DNA of 64,000 bases from Ylistrum balloti (lineage: Eukaryota): assembly GCF_031769215.1 (NCBI RefSeq), contig NW_026781940.1, positions 1 to 64,000 of the forward strand, given 5' to 3'. The notes below the pieces were generated by a model, which worked only from the letters and a program-made list of their open reading frames with translations, was not told the origin of the DNA and ran no database searches. Shown here piece after piece: positions 12,101 through 24,541 of this stretch. The translations under genes and the position numbers were made by a program. Each line of letters opens with the position of its first letter. Position 1 is the first letter of the stretch.

Positions 12101-15100
12101 GAAGTCTGGAGCAATATGAAATTCTGAAGAAATACATCAAACAAATTTTCAAAAGGTTATCAGTTCCCAACCAAAGAAGCCATTTTCAGTTTCTTTCTCG
12201 ATCCATCTGTATATGTACATATGTCATCACTCTTGTGGTACGATTCCTTAAGAGACAACAAGTTTCAGTTTCCGAATCCTCAGCATTCTAGCTGCTTTGT
12301 TCCATACACGACTTTTATCAAACCTCACACACTCAGAAACAAGCATAATATCTTGAGACAAATTTGATTTTAGAGTTGTTTGATCAAGATCAACGTCACG
12401 GTTACTTTTATTAGAAAATTGTTGTCAACATTGTAGGGCTTCATTCCACACGTACAAACAACTACAATATTGTGGAGTTTCAAAATTGTTTTGTCAAGGT
12501 CATGTTCAAGTTCACTGTTGCTGTTTTTAAGGAAATCATTGTCAGCACTCTAGCTGCTTCATTCCTTAATCAAACTTCAAATACATGTAAAGGACCATAA
12601 GGTATGGAATGAGTTGGAGTTTCCTGGTTGTATAGTCACTGTCAACTCAGTAGGTACTGTTTATAGAAAATACTCGACAAATGGTAGCTTCCAGATCAAC
12701 AATTTATATTGAATTGGAATTAAACATACCTTTTGCCTTCCTTTCCCCAAAGTAACACCAAACAACACCATTATTACCATGTAATAGTTTGTAGAGGCCA
12801 ATAGGGGACACCTATTGCTTTAACAACACTTTGTATTTTTGTTTTGCCTAGCACACCAAACGTTTGTAAGATTCAAAACAACATTGATAAAGTAAAAATG
12901 ATGTGCTTAAAAAAAATTTCATAAAGATGAAAAATATCTATATTTCATTCTTCAGCCACCTGCCTGCTTACCTGGTTGGAGCATTTGCTAAGCGACTAGC
13001 CAGAATTTCACTAACAGCTCCTCCTTCTGGTCTGACGGTGTCCATACCGTTCATCTATAACCTCATCCACAGACACCCAAACTGTCGTGTATTATTACAT
13101 CGCACGGAGGGACCATCAGGTAAGGTCTGATGGAACTTAGGACTACTTCTGTTTGTTTGGCAACAATCTTTGTGATGGGTCCAACATACATGTTTATAAA
13201 GAATAATAATTATTGAAACCTCTGTAATAAGACGACACCTGATTTATAGGGATGGTTTCTTTGTTGGCCTCAGGAGCTTAAAATCAAATAAGGAACTGAA
13301 TTTATGGTTTTATGAAGCATGGTCAGTTCCCACTTTTTAATTAAGTTAAAACTGTTTAGCATACAAGGAAACTCATCTGAGACATTATCATACTCAACAG
13401 ACACCTAGCTGCTGGTGACAATAATTATGCCTGTGCCTGTTGATAAGCCCACACATATTTAATTCAGTCTGTAGAAAAGCCAGCACTTTCAGATTGATGT
13501 AATGTGTTGACTTTCTGGGCCCGATTATAGATTATATGGCAACATACTCATTCATTTCTCTTACATGGTGAATACTCACCTGTTTGTTATGAATGTGATT
13601 CCAAGCTTATAGTTGAACATGTTATCTTCATACAAAGTGTTTCCTGAATCTGGAAAGCTTTTTCATCTCCATGTGGAAATGAACAAAATTAGGAATTTCA
13701 TCAGAGAGATTAGCCTTTTTGTCAAAGCATAAACAACACCTGTTATGACAAGATGTGCGTTTTTCTATTTATTTGTGTTTTCAAACAAAAACATGTTTTT
13801 AACTGAAATTTTTATTTTTGTGTTATTTACTACCTTTTGTTTCACCCTTAACACATTTTGTTTGACCACGTTTTCCTATGGTAGTTTAAAATAGTTTAGA
13901 CGAAATCATCCTGGCTCTCAAGAGGATGTGAAATATCTGGCGTTGATTCAGCAGAAATTAATATAATCGCTCTTGTTTACATAAATATTTCAGAAATTTC
14001 TACTCTACACGGACACTACGTAGAAATGAAAATAAACTTAATGACTGACTTGAATTTAGTTGTGGCTTTCACTCTTCAGAGGTCATTTCAAGTTTCATAG
14101 GATATGTTAATAAGGATATTCGACCGAGAACGTTTGCCATGTAGAATCAAGTTGTAATGATAAACATGTGTATGAAAGTTTTCCTGTAAACATTAAAGGT
14201 TTAATGTTTTAGAAATACACGAGGACCCCTATGATCCAAATGAACCTGATCCTACAAAGTGTCACGCTATGGACAGCTGTCTTTGGGAACTTAAGGTATG
14301 ATATGGAACTTAATCTAAGGTATAAAACAGATATTCTGTCTTAAAATTTATGTAAAAACTTCAAATTTGTTTTGAAAGTAAAAATGAAAGATGTCTTTGG
14401 GAACTTAAGGTATGATATGGAACTAAATCTAAGGTAAAAAAACTTATATTCTGTCTTAAATATTGTGTTAAAAACTACACATTTGTTTTGAAAGTAAAAA
14501 TGAAAGATGTTTTTTGCAGTCTCAGATTTTAGAAAATATAATTTCGCATTGGTTGGTAAATCATTGTGTTCGTTTGATAATGAACTACGTTTCAAGATTT
14601 ACTCAAGAATATTTTAAAAATCTGGTTATTTTGATGCCTATTTGATAAATATTGATGTTTATTTTTTTGTCCATGTCATTTCATAGAGGTGATAGGGAGA
14701 GATGAAATGTTACCATGTCTGCTTCAGCTCTATCTCAAATTGGTGACCTCTGTCTGGTAACTTCATTTTCTAGGTATGAGGAAGATAATGTCTGTTTAGT
14801 TTGGACTCCCAGTTCCAAGCTCACCATTATTACTATTTATAGAATTTGTTCTAATTTACATATGTATTTGTTAGAGCCTACAGTCTCACTATCATCCAGA
14901 CGTGGCCAGGAGCGCACAGAGGATTGATGGCGAAATCCAAACCACAGAAACTGACCTCTCGGACCTCTTTGAAACCTCATATGATGATGTAAGTAAAGTT
15001 ATTGAATTTATAGGCTTAAAAAATACATTGCAAAATATTGTAATTCACTTATCTTCTCTGCATTTGTTTTTGTGTATAAAATATGCAAAATTAAGGAACG

Positions 15101-15554
15101 TAAAATTTTGGGTTTCAAGATTTTTAAGTTTTACCGTGTTTAATGAAATGTGTCATTTCATTCAGTGATGAGATTCATTATGATGTGCCGACGAAAGAAA
15201 AATGTACAAAAAAGAGCAAGTGAGCTGGTTTCCAATGCAGTATTTATATCACTAAAAACAATGCTCTATATTCCATGCAAAGGATTGGAAGTTTTACTTC
15301 AATATGTCATATAAAAATATTTTACTTATTTTGTTTAGTGTTTCTTTCTTTATTATTTCTAGTTTATTAAATTTTTTGAAAAGAAATACTCATTTGTTCT
15401 ATCCTCAATTTTGTATCTCTTTCAATTTCAATTTCAGCTGTTTGAAAAAGAAACACGAAAGAAAGTAAAATTTGTACCTGTGAACTTTGAAACTCCAAAA
15501 GGACTGCTGGGTTCAAAATCTGATCGAATGAAGTTGTGTTGGAGACTGGAATAA
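3195..15554 (+). CDS. NOC4L: Nucleolar complex protein 4 homolog (CBF/Mak21 domain), 515 aa, 14 coding exons
   Basis: Exons 3195-3320, 4051-4168, 5481-5584, 6266-6370, 6590-6730, 7558-7663, 9611-9696, 10279-10390, 10813-10873, 11458-11568, 12956-13119, 14213-14295, 14875-14988, 15438-15554. All GT-AG, phases consistent, total 1548 nt. Motifs EYLAYDDVRF, GGAISLLALNGIFVL, DYPDFYGKLY, KYRARFFFLADLFL, HLPAYLVGAFAKRLAR, DSCLWELK and HYHPDV match NOC4L as I recall the family. Confidence 0.95.
4380..4680 (+). mobile_element. Fragment of a HINE/Helentron-like non-autonomous element (about two diverged ~140-bp core units)
   Basis: Repeated blocks aaatggctgacaggtg..catct.ggatttt; shares gtccctagttgtg with the inverted element at 55196-55504. 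Confidence 0.5.
7844..8007 (+). mobile_element. MITE with CAGGGCTCT TIRs and 5-bp TSD (hAT5-like)
   Basis: cagggctct at 7844, agagccctg ending 8007, flanked by direct repeat TCAGC on both sides; internal repeated aattggg(aa) motifs; second copy inverted at 59823-59998. Confidence 0.8.
8246..8905 (+). repeat. About five diverged ~150-bp units, typical of HINE/Helentron central repeats
   Basis: Recurring blocks aaatgctactctttcttaatgct, gatttcaaccaaa.ttgg, ggggaatcatttc and ccccaaaa at ~140-155 bp spacing in NOC4L intron 6. Confidence 0.6.
14278..14510 (+). repeat. Tandem duplication (~114-bp unit, 2 copies) of NOC4L exon 12 end, donor and intron start
   Basis: tgtctttgggaacttaag|gtatgatatggaact at 14278 and again at 14392; both units end ttgttttgaaagtaaaaatgaaaga. 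Confidence 0.9.
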
Positions 15555-15878
15555 TTATTTTAAGTAGTCAAGAGAGATGTTGGAGGGTGAATATGGTTGG
15601 ATAAATAGGAAGGGAAAATGGGATGGAGGCATATGTTGGAGGGGCTGGAAGTGAAGGGGTATGAAGGAATGAGGAGAAGGGGTTGGGGATTGTCTGACCA
15701 GGAGCTGAGAATCATCATTACCATCATTATCAGTTGCATGAAACAAATTATTAAAAAAATCATAAAAATAATTACACATATTGTATTGTTTTATTTGTGT
15801 GTTCACTTGGCCCCCATAGTTCAGTGAAGCTTGTGTTGTTTTTGTTTACTGTAAACACACATGTTTCAGTGGTGTTTT

Positions 15879-16075
15879 TATTATAGACCTTCTCATGCTG
15901 AAGGTATGGCACTAAAAATTTTTGTGCTGATTGCAGTTTTTAATCTGTTGTTTAGTGTTGCGGATGTATATATTCGTCCTTGAGCTTAATCAAATATCAT
16001 ACACTAGAGTTTCAACGTTGCAAATCAGAAAAAATGTTAGTGCCACACCTTCAGCATGAGAAGCTCCTACAATAA
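15879..16075. mobile_element. ~200-bp MITE with long (~45-55 bp) imperfect terminal inverted repeats
   Basis: cttctcatgctgaaggtatggcactaa (from 15889) is the near reverse complement of ttagtgccacaccttcagcatgagaag (ending 16063). Confidence 0.75.
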
Positions 16076-17664
16076 TTTTCATCAAATTTTAATTACAATT
16101 CCCTTAAATTTCTCTACTACATGATGTTTACTTTTAATTTTAAATCTTTTACAGAAAAAATTAAATGCTATTCAGGTCAACTGGATATTTTGTTTTGGAA
16201 ATTTAAACATTCAACTTGTTAATGTTTTCCCCGATCACCAATAATTACTTTTAGAACCCATTTCATGATGTTAGCCCTGATCTTCAGCCCCCTCTGGTGA
16301 AAATTTTATTTCCACTGAGGAAATTCTCAATGTTTGGTATCACTTCTCTAAACTAAGCTTCGCTGTAACATTTACAACAAGATCAGAAGGATACCGAACC
16401 CTGAAATTCACATAAGAAAATTTTAAAAGTTCATCAAATTTTCTTGCTTATTAAGATCCATTCTTCCATTATACAAACATCTGGTAAGAACACATCTATT
16501 GTGGGTATAAAAATATAGACAGTGAAAAAATCTTTTTTTATCATTTCAAGTTGAAAGAAATTAATGAGACACAAGTTGTTTTAATATCAGCGGTATGTAC
16601 AAAGCCACCTTAAAAAACAAATTTGGTGAATGTAAATCGTGAGGGAAGTGCTATTTTCATGCGATTTTCATCCTTGATATATGAAACTTTTTTTTTTATT
16701 ATATTTTTCACTTCTCTGCAAAATACTAAAAGTCTGCAATAGGATTGGGTCCCTTACCGATAAAACTGGGGGAGGGGAGCAATTTTTCTTCCCTTTCCTT
16801 CTGTTCGTCTGTGAAAGTTTGTCAGCACTCTAACAGTGGATTCTCATCAAACTTCACACTTATAAAGCATGGATTTCAAGTTTCACGGTTTTTGGGTCCA
16901 AGTCAAGGTCACACGGAGGGGTCGGTAGGGAACATGTATTGCTTCAGCAATACTTGATATGATTTGTCAAAGTAGATTTTTATGTTGGGAGGATTTTGGT
17001 GTTTCAATTTATCTGGTTGTCAATTAGAGAATGCGTCAGAGAGGCACTTATCTTACTTCTAGTTTGTGCTCTGCTCGAAGTCTGTCTTGCCATTTATCGT
17101 TTTATATTTACTGCTACAGTACTATAACCTACCAAATTCAGTAAAGTATAATCAGCTTATCAACTACCAACAATACAGGAATTGACTTCCCCTATAAAAA
17201 AATGAAAATTGAAAATGAGAAATATGAACTGAGTTACATTTGATTAGTTTATCTAATTGTAACAAGAAAGGTAGCGTAGCCCTGGAGGGCTTGAATCCGC
17301 GACACCAGGCTTACTGGTCCGCCACTTTACAGATAGAACAAAACTCCCTCTAGTGGAAGCTAGAAGGCGACAATTAAACTAATATGCATACTGACTGGAT
17401 ATAAAAGACAGATGTCCTCATCCTCGTGATATTCATATGTGCACGAATATGAAATGAAATATCTACTGATGCTTTGTTAAACTCATGACACCAATAGCTT
17501 GAAACGAAAAGTTGTTCACAAAGATGCTTGTTACCTCTACTACAAGACACCATGGTCTGGATTAAATACCACCAGGAACTATTGAACAATTGGGTTGTAG
17601 ATATGTAGAAGTTGGGAGCACATGTAACCTAACTTGATTCCGACAGTGGAATTTTCCCTTCATT

Positions 17665-17740
17665 TGAGTGGTAGAGTGTGCGGTTAGAGACTGCAGGGTC
17701 ACAAGCTCTCGAACCCCAGTAGTAGCAGTGTTTTTCATGA
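17665..17740 (+). mobile_element. Decayed tRNA-derived SINE head
   Basis: A-box-like tgagtggtagag and B-box-like gctctcgaaccc at tRNA spacing; a similar decayed head lies inverted at ~17275-17340. No intact cloverleaf. Confidence 0.35.
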
Positions 17741-18229
17741 CTCTTTCATGTTACATATAAATGGAATAGTATGCCGGAAAAGGTTATATCTGCAAGAGAC
17801 CTGAAGTCCTTCAAATCGCGATTAAACAAACACAGCGATGAACCCTCTAATATTTCACTTACATATTAAAGTGTTATCTGATGGAACAAATGGTCACCAT
17901 AAGGTCACGCCCCCAAAAGCCTAAATGGACATATATAAGTTATCAGAATGTTGACATAGTCAAAGAAAAGTTACTTTTGTTATGATTTTGATTAAAACAG
18001 AAACCTTTGTAGAACTCTATGCATTAAATGTTATGGTAATACTATCAATGGAAATAAACTAGCATTTAGCTTAGTGACACTGGCAAATTATTACATATTC
18101 TCCACACCCTCAAAGAGAAAAATGTAGTGTCTTATATATGATTTTGTCCTCTGTGGAAATACTTTCATGGAAGTTTCTTGTGGAGCTGAGACAATTACAA
18201 TGATCGAGTATATCATTAACCCTGTTGTC

Positions 18230-18850
18230 ATATGTACCATTTACAATTATACAGCTTGAGGTAACACTAACTTCCTCCTTTTTCATCACGTGTGAGATCC
18301 TTCAACACTAGAATAACTTGTCTCTGTACTCTCTTTTCAATGTTCTTACTTCTACATCACGACCAGACAGAGCTGACAAAATCTCGATGAGTGGGCACTA
18401 CTGTTTTGTATAATGTCAGATTTTTTTTTTTTTTTTTTTCATCCATAAAGCATTGCAACCATGGAGTTTGCTTTATGGAGTGACATCAGAACCCATGCCT
18501 ATAGTATGCCTGTATCCTTCCACTTTCCATATCGGTGAGCACTTATTATTTATAGAATATGTTGTTTATTCTGTTGATTTGTAGATATGTTTACATTTTG
18601 GAGGATGTTCCACTACAAGCTATCTTTAATTCCATTCTTCCATGCTATCCGTGTCCTTTTGTAAGGTAACCTCGTCTTTTTCCTGCTCGGTCCTAAAAAT
18701 GTTTGCATCGTCTGCAAATAAGAACATGTAAGATTTGACTAGATCAGGTAGATTAGATTGTTGGCAAACGTAATGAAAAGAATGGGCTGCATAACTGACA
18801 CTTGTGGCATTCCAGCCATCACAGTTGACAATTCTGGTTACAAGATAAAC
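18230..18850 (-). mobile_element. Decayed CR1/L2-clade LINE reverse-transcriptase 3' fragment
   Basis: Minus-strand translation with frameshifts and stops gives GMPQVSVMQPILFI..NNL..PDLVKSYMFLFADDANIFR, LQKDTDSMEEW, KANSMVAML, LTLYKTVV...SSVWS and RVQR...LKDLT, matching the order of CR1 RT motifs (GVPQGSVLGP, FADD, LQ.DLD.L..W, LYK.LVRP.LEY). Confidence 0.75.
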
Positions 18851-18873
18851 GATACTTTATTTTATGTCAAATG

Positions 18874-21800
18874 TAAAGTAAACATCACAAAAACTGAAAA
18901 GAGAATGTAAACATCACAAAACAAAAAGGGACACACATGAAAAGTAAACATCACCACTGAAAACAGTAATAATCACAAAAAAAAGTAAATTACAACACAA
19001 AAACACTGAAAAGTAAAATAAACATCACAAAACACTGAAAACGAAAATTAAACATGGAAAAAATAAAGTAAACATCACAAAAATGAAAACGTAAAATAAA
19101 ACACACTGAAAAGTAAATAAACATCACAAAACAAAAATAACACTGAAAACGTAAATAAAGTAAACATGAAACAATTCAAAACACTGAAAATAAAGTAAAC
19201 ACACAAAACATGAAAACGTGAATAAAGTAAACATCACAAAACACTGAAAACGTAAAATAAACATCACAAAACACTGAAAACGTAAAATAAACATCACAAA
19301 ACACTGAAAACGTCAAATAAACATCACAAAACACTGAAAACGTGAAATAAAGTAAACATCACAAAACACTGAAAACGTCAAATAAAGTAAACATCACAAA
19401 ACACTGAAAACGTAAAATAAAGTAAACATCACAAAACACTGAAAACGTAAAATAAAGTAAACATCACAAAACACTGAAAACGTAAAATAAAGTAAACATC
19501 ACAAAACACTGAAAACGTGAAATAAACATCACAAAACACTGAAAACGTGAAATAAACATCACAAAACACTGAAAACGTAAAATAAAGTAAACACCACAAA
19601 ACACTAAAAACGTAAAATAAACATCACAAAACACTGAAAACGTAAAATAAACATCACAAAACACTGAAAACGTAAAATAAAGTAAACATCACAAAACACT
19701 GAAAACGTGAAATAAACATCACAAAACACTGAAAACGTGAAATAAACATCACAAAAACACTGAAAACGTAAAATAAACATCACAAAACACTGAAAACGTG
19801 AAATAAAGTAAACACAAAAACACTGAAAACGTGAAAAAAAGTAATCATCACAAAACACTGAAAACGTAAAATAAAGTAAACATCACAAAACACTGAAACC
19901 GCAAAATAAAGTAAACATCACAAAACACTGAAAACGTAAAATAAAGTAAACATCACAAAACACTGAAAACGTAAAATAAAGTAAACATCACAAAACACTG
20001 AAAACGTAAAATAAAGTAAACATCACAAAACACTGAAAACGTAAAATAAAGTAAACATCACAAAGTACTGAAAACGTAAAATAAAGTAAACATCACAAAA
20101 CACTGAAAACGTAAAATAAAGTAAACATCACAAAACACTGAAAACGTAAAATAAAGTAAACATCACAAAACACTGAAAACGTAAAATAAAGTAAACATCA
20201 CAAAACACTGAAAAACAAATAAAGTAAACATCACAAAACACTGAAAACGTAAAATAAAGTAAACATCACAAAGTACTGAAAACGTAAAATAAAGTAAACA
20301 TCACAAAACACTGAAAACGTAAAGTAAACATCACAAAACACTGAAAACGTAAAATAAAGTAAACATCACAAAACACTGAAAACGTAAAATAAAGTAAACA
20401 TCACAAAACACTGAAAACGTAAAATAAAGTAAACATCACAAAACACTGAAAACGTAAAATAAAGTAAACATCACAAAACACTGAAAACGTAAAATAAAGT
20501 AAACATCACAAAACACTGAAAACGTAAAATAAAGTAAACATCACAAAACACTGAAAACGTAAAATAAAGTAAACATCACAAAACACTGAAAACGTAAAAT
20601 AAACATCACAAAACACTGAAAACGTAAAATAAAGTAAACATCACAAAACACTGAAAACGTCAAATAAAGTAAACATCACTGAAAACGTAAAATGAAGTAA
20701 ACATCACAAAACACTGAAAACGTAAAATAAAGTAAACATCACAAAACACTGAAAACGTAAAATAAAGTAAACATCACAAAACACTGAAAACGTAAATAAA
20801 GTAAACATCACAAAACACTGAAAACGTAAAATAAAGTAAACATCACAAAACACTGAAAACGTAAAATAAAGTAAACATCACAAAACACTGAAAACGTAAA
20901 ATAAAGTAAACATCACAAAACACTGAAAACGTAAAATAAAGTAAACATCACTGAAAACATAAAATAAAGTAAACATCACAAAACACTGAAAACGTAAAAT
21001 AAAGTAAACATCACAAAACACTGAAAACGTAAAATAAAGTAAACATCACAAAACACTGAAAACGTGAAATAAAGTAAACATCACAAAACACTGAAAACGT
21101 AAAATAAAGTAAACATCACAAAACACTGAAAACGTAAAATAAAGTAAACATCACAAAACACTGAAAACGTAAAATAAAGTAAACATCACAAAACACTGAA
21201 AACGTAAAATAAAGTAAACATCACAAAACACTGAAAACGTAAAATAAAGTAAACATCACAAAACACTGAAAACGTAAAATAAAGTAAACATCACAAAACA
21301 CTGAAAACGTAAAATAAAGTAAACATCACAAAACACTGAAAACGTAAAATAAAGTAAACATCACAAAACACTGAAAACGTGAAATAAAGTAAACATCACA
21401 AAAACACTGAAAACACAAAATAAAGTAAACATCACAAAACACTGAAAACGTAAAATAAAGTAAACATCACAAAACACTGAAAACGTAAAATAAAGTAAAC
21501 ATCACAAAACACTGAAAACGTAAAATAAAGTAAACATCACAAAACACTGAAAACACAAAATAAACATCACAAACACTGAAAACATAAAATAAAGTAAACA
21601 TCACAAAACACTGAAAACGTAAAATAAAGTAAACATCACAAAACACTAAAACGTAAAATAAAGTAAACATCACAAAACACTGAAAACGTAAAATAAAGTA
21701 AACATCACAAAACACTGAAAACGTAAAATAAAGTAAACATCACAAAACACTGAAAACGTAAAATAAAGTAAACATCACAAAACACTGAAAACGTGAAATA

Positions 21801-23874
21801 AAGTAAACATCACAAAACACTGAAAACGTAAAATAAAGTAAACATCACAAAACACTGAAAAAGTCAAATAAAGTAAACATCACAAAACACTGAAAACGTA
21901 AAATAAACATCACAAAAACATTTAAAACGTAAAATAAAGTAAACATCACAAAACACTGAAAACGTAAAATAAAGTAAACATCACAAAACACTGAAAACAC
22001 AAAATAAAGTAAACATCACAAAACACTGAAAACATAAAATAAAGTAAACATCACAAAAACATTGAAAACCTCAAATAAATTAAACATCACAAAGTACTGA
22101 AAATGTGACATAAAGTAAACATCACAAAACACTGAAAACGTAAAATAAAGTAAACATCACAAAACACTGAAAACGTAAAATAAAGTAAACATCACAAAAC
22201 ACTGAAAAAGTCAAATAAAGTAAACATCACAAAACACTGAAAACGTAAACATCACAAAACACTGAAAAAGTCAAATAAAGTAAACATCACAAAACACTGA
22301 AAACGTAAAATAAAGTAAACATCACAAAACACTGAAAACACAAAATAAAGTAAACATCACAAAACACTGAAAACGTGAAATAAAGTAAACATCACAAAAA
22401 CACTGAAAACGTGAAATAAAGTAAACATCACAAAACACTGAAAACGTAAAATAAAGTAAACATCACAAAACACTGAAAACGTAAAATAAAGTAAACATCA
22501 CAAAACACTGAAAACACAAAATAAAAGTAAACATCACAAAACACTGAAAACGTAAAATAAAGTAAACATCACAAAACACTAAAACGTAAAATAAAGTAAA
22601 CATCACAACATGAAAACATAAAGTAAACATCACAAAACACTGAAAAAGTCAAATAAAGTAAACATCACAAAACACCGAAAACGTAAAATAAACATCACAA
22701 AACACTGAAAACGTAAAATAAAGTAAACATCACAAAACACTGAAAACACAAAATAAAGTAATCATCACAAAACACTGAAAACGTAAAATAAACACCACAA
22801 AACACTGAAAACGTAAAATGAAGTAAACATCACAAAACACTGAAAACACAAAATAAAGTAAACATCACAAAACACTGAAAACACAAAATAAAGTAAACAT
22901 CACAAAAACATTTAAAACGTAAAATAAAGTAAACATCACAAAAACATTTAAAACGTAAAATAAAGTAAACATCACAAAACACTGAAAACGTGAAATAAAC
23001 ATCACAAAAACATTTAAAACGTAAAATAAAGTAAACATCACAAAACACTGAAAACGTAAAATAAAGTAAACATCACAAAACACTGAAAAAGTCAAATAAA
23101 GTAAACATCACAAAACACTGAAAACGTCAAATAAAGTAAACATCACAAAACACTGAAAACGTGAAATAAAGTAAACATCACAAAACACTGAAAACACAAA
23201 ATAAAAGTAAACATCACAAAACACTGAAAACGTAAAATGAAGTAAACATCACAAAACACTGAAAACACAAAATAAAGTAAACATCACAAAACACTGAAAA
23301 CACAAAATAAAGTAAACATCACAAAAACATTTAAAACGTAAAATAAAGTAAACATCACAAAAACATTTAAAACGTAAAATAAAGTAAACATTACATAAGC
23401 TGGAGATGGATTAATATAAGTAAACATCAACAATTGTTAAAACACATTGTAAAGAGAAAAAATGAAATGAAATAAAGTTTACAAGAAACACTGAAAACGT
23501 GACATAAGGTAAACATCACAAAACGCTGAAAACGTAAAATAAAGTAAACATCACAAAACGCTGAAAACGTCAAATAAAGTAAACGTCACAAAACACTGAA
23601 AACACAAAATAAAGTAAACATCACAAAACACTGAAAACGTGAAATAAAGTAAACATCACAAAACACTGAAACCGCAAAATAAAAGTAAACATCACAAAAC
23701 ACTGAAAACGTAAAATAAAGTAAACATCACAAAACACTGAAAACGTCAAATAAAGTAAACATCACAAAACGCTGAAAACACAAAATAAAGTAAACATCAC
23801 AAAACACTGAAAACGTCAAATAAAGTAAACATCACAAAACACTGAAAACGTAAAATAAAAGTAAACGTCACAAA
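18874..23874 (+). repeat. 5-kb satellite array, 35-bp consensus AAACATCACAAAACACTGAAAACGTAAAATAAAGT (30- and 25-bp variants), roughly 140 units
   Basis: Directly visible; degenerate left edge (to ~19230), homogeneous core, ~95-bp interruption at ~23392-23485. Confidence 0.97.
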
Positions 23875-24541
23875 GCTCTAGTAAAAGCAACATGAACAAT
23901 TTAAAAACTACACATTACAAAGTACTGAAAAAATCATCAAAAAGCTAAACAAACTCTTACACCACAGGATGAGGGAAAGAATACATCACAATCTTACAGC
24001 CCTACCCTACATACGGAGCAACATACAAAACTCTTAATGATTTCTACCTTTCGCAGGTAATTCGGAAGGCCGTTCCATTTGCGGGATGCCTCTTACCTGA
24101 TAGAACTTTTTCTCTACCTGGATGTTCATTTTTTAAAAAAATTAGACTTTATATAAATCCATGATTAATATTATAAAAAGAACAAAAACTTCATGTAGAT
24201 TTTTGAAGATCAGCATTGCAATCATTAAAAACAATTTGAAAATCTCTTTTTTGCACTTTCTCAATTTTCTTGATGACCAAAATATCGCAAATACCGTGGT
24301 AATTAAAATTTAAAAGTCTACTGTCAGACTCTTCCATGTCCACTTATACACAACTTCTAATATTTGCAGAGATATTGATCTACCATGCAGGAAGCTGATA
24401 TTGTATTAAAACAATATTTGACGATAAAAATTACATTGACATGTGACATAGACCCTCCAGCCGATTATTTCTCTTAAGACCCGGAAGATCTATTTTTCCG
24501 TGTCCAAATTTAGAAAATAGCCATGTGACATTCAAGTAAAG

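Noticed and set aside
18280-18375. Apparent minus-strand terminal exon (LSGRDVEVRTLKREYRDKLF*)
   Set aside because: The same DNA reads in another frame as CR1 RT C-terminal motifs (SSVWS, RVQR, LKDL); assigned to the LINE remnant.
19464-23095. Minus-strand ORFs rich in FCDVYF/RFQCFVM
   Set aside because: Translations of the 35-bp satellite; no start context and no domain.
18874-23874. CRISPR-like array
   Set aside because: Eukaryotic context, no unique spacers between repeats and no cas genes; the same applies to the other arrays.
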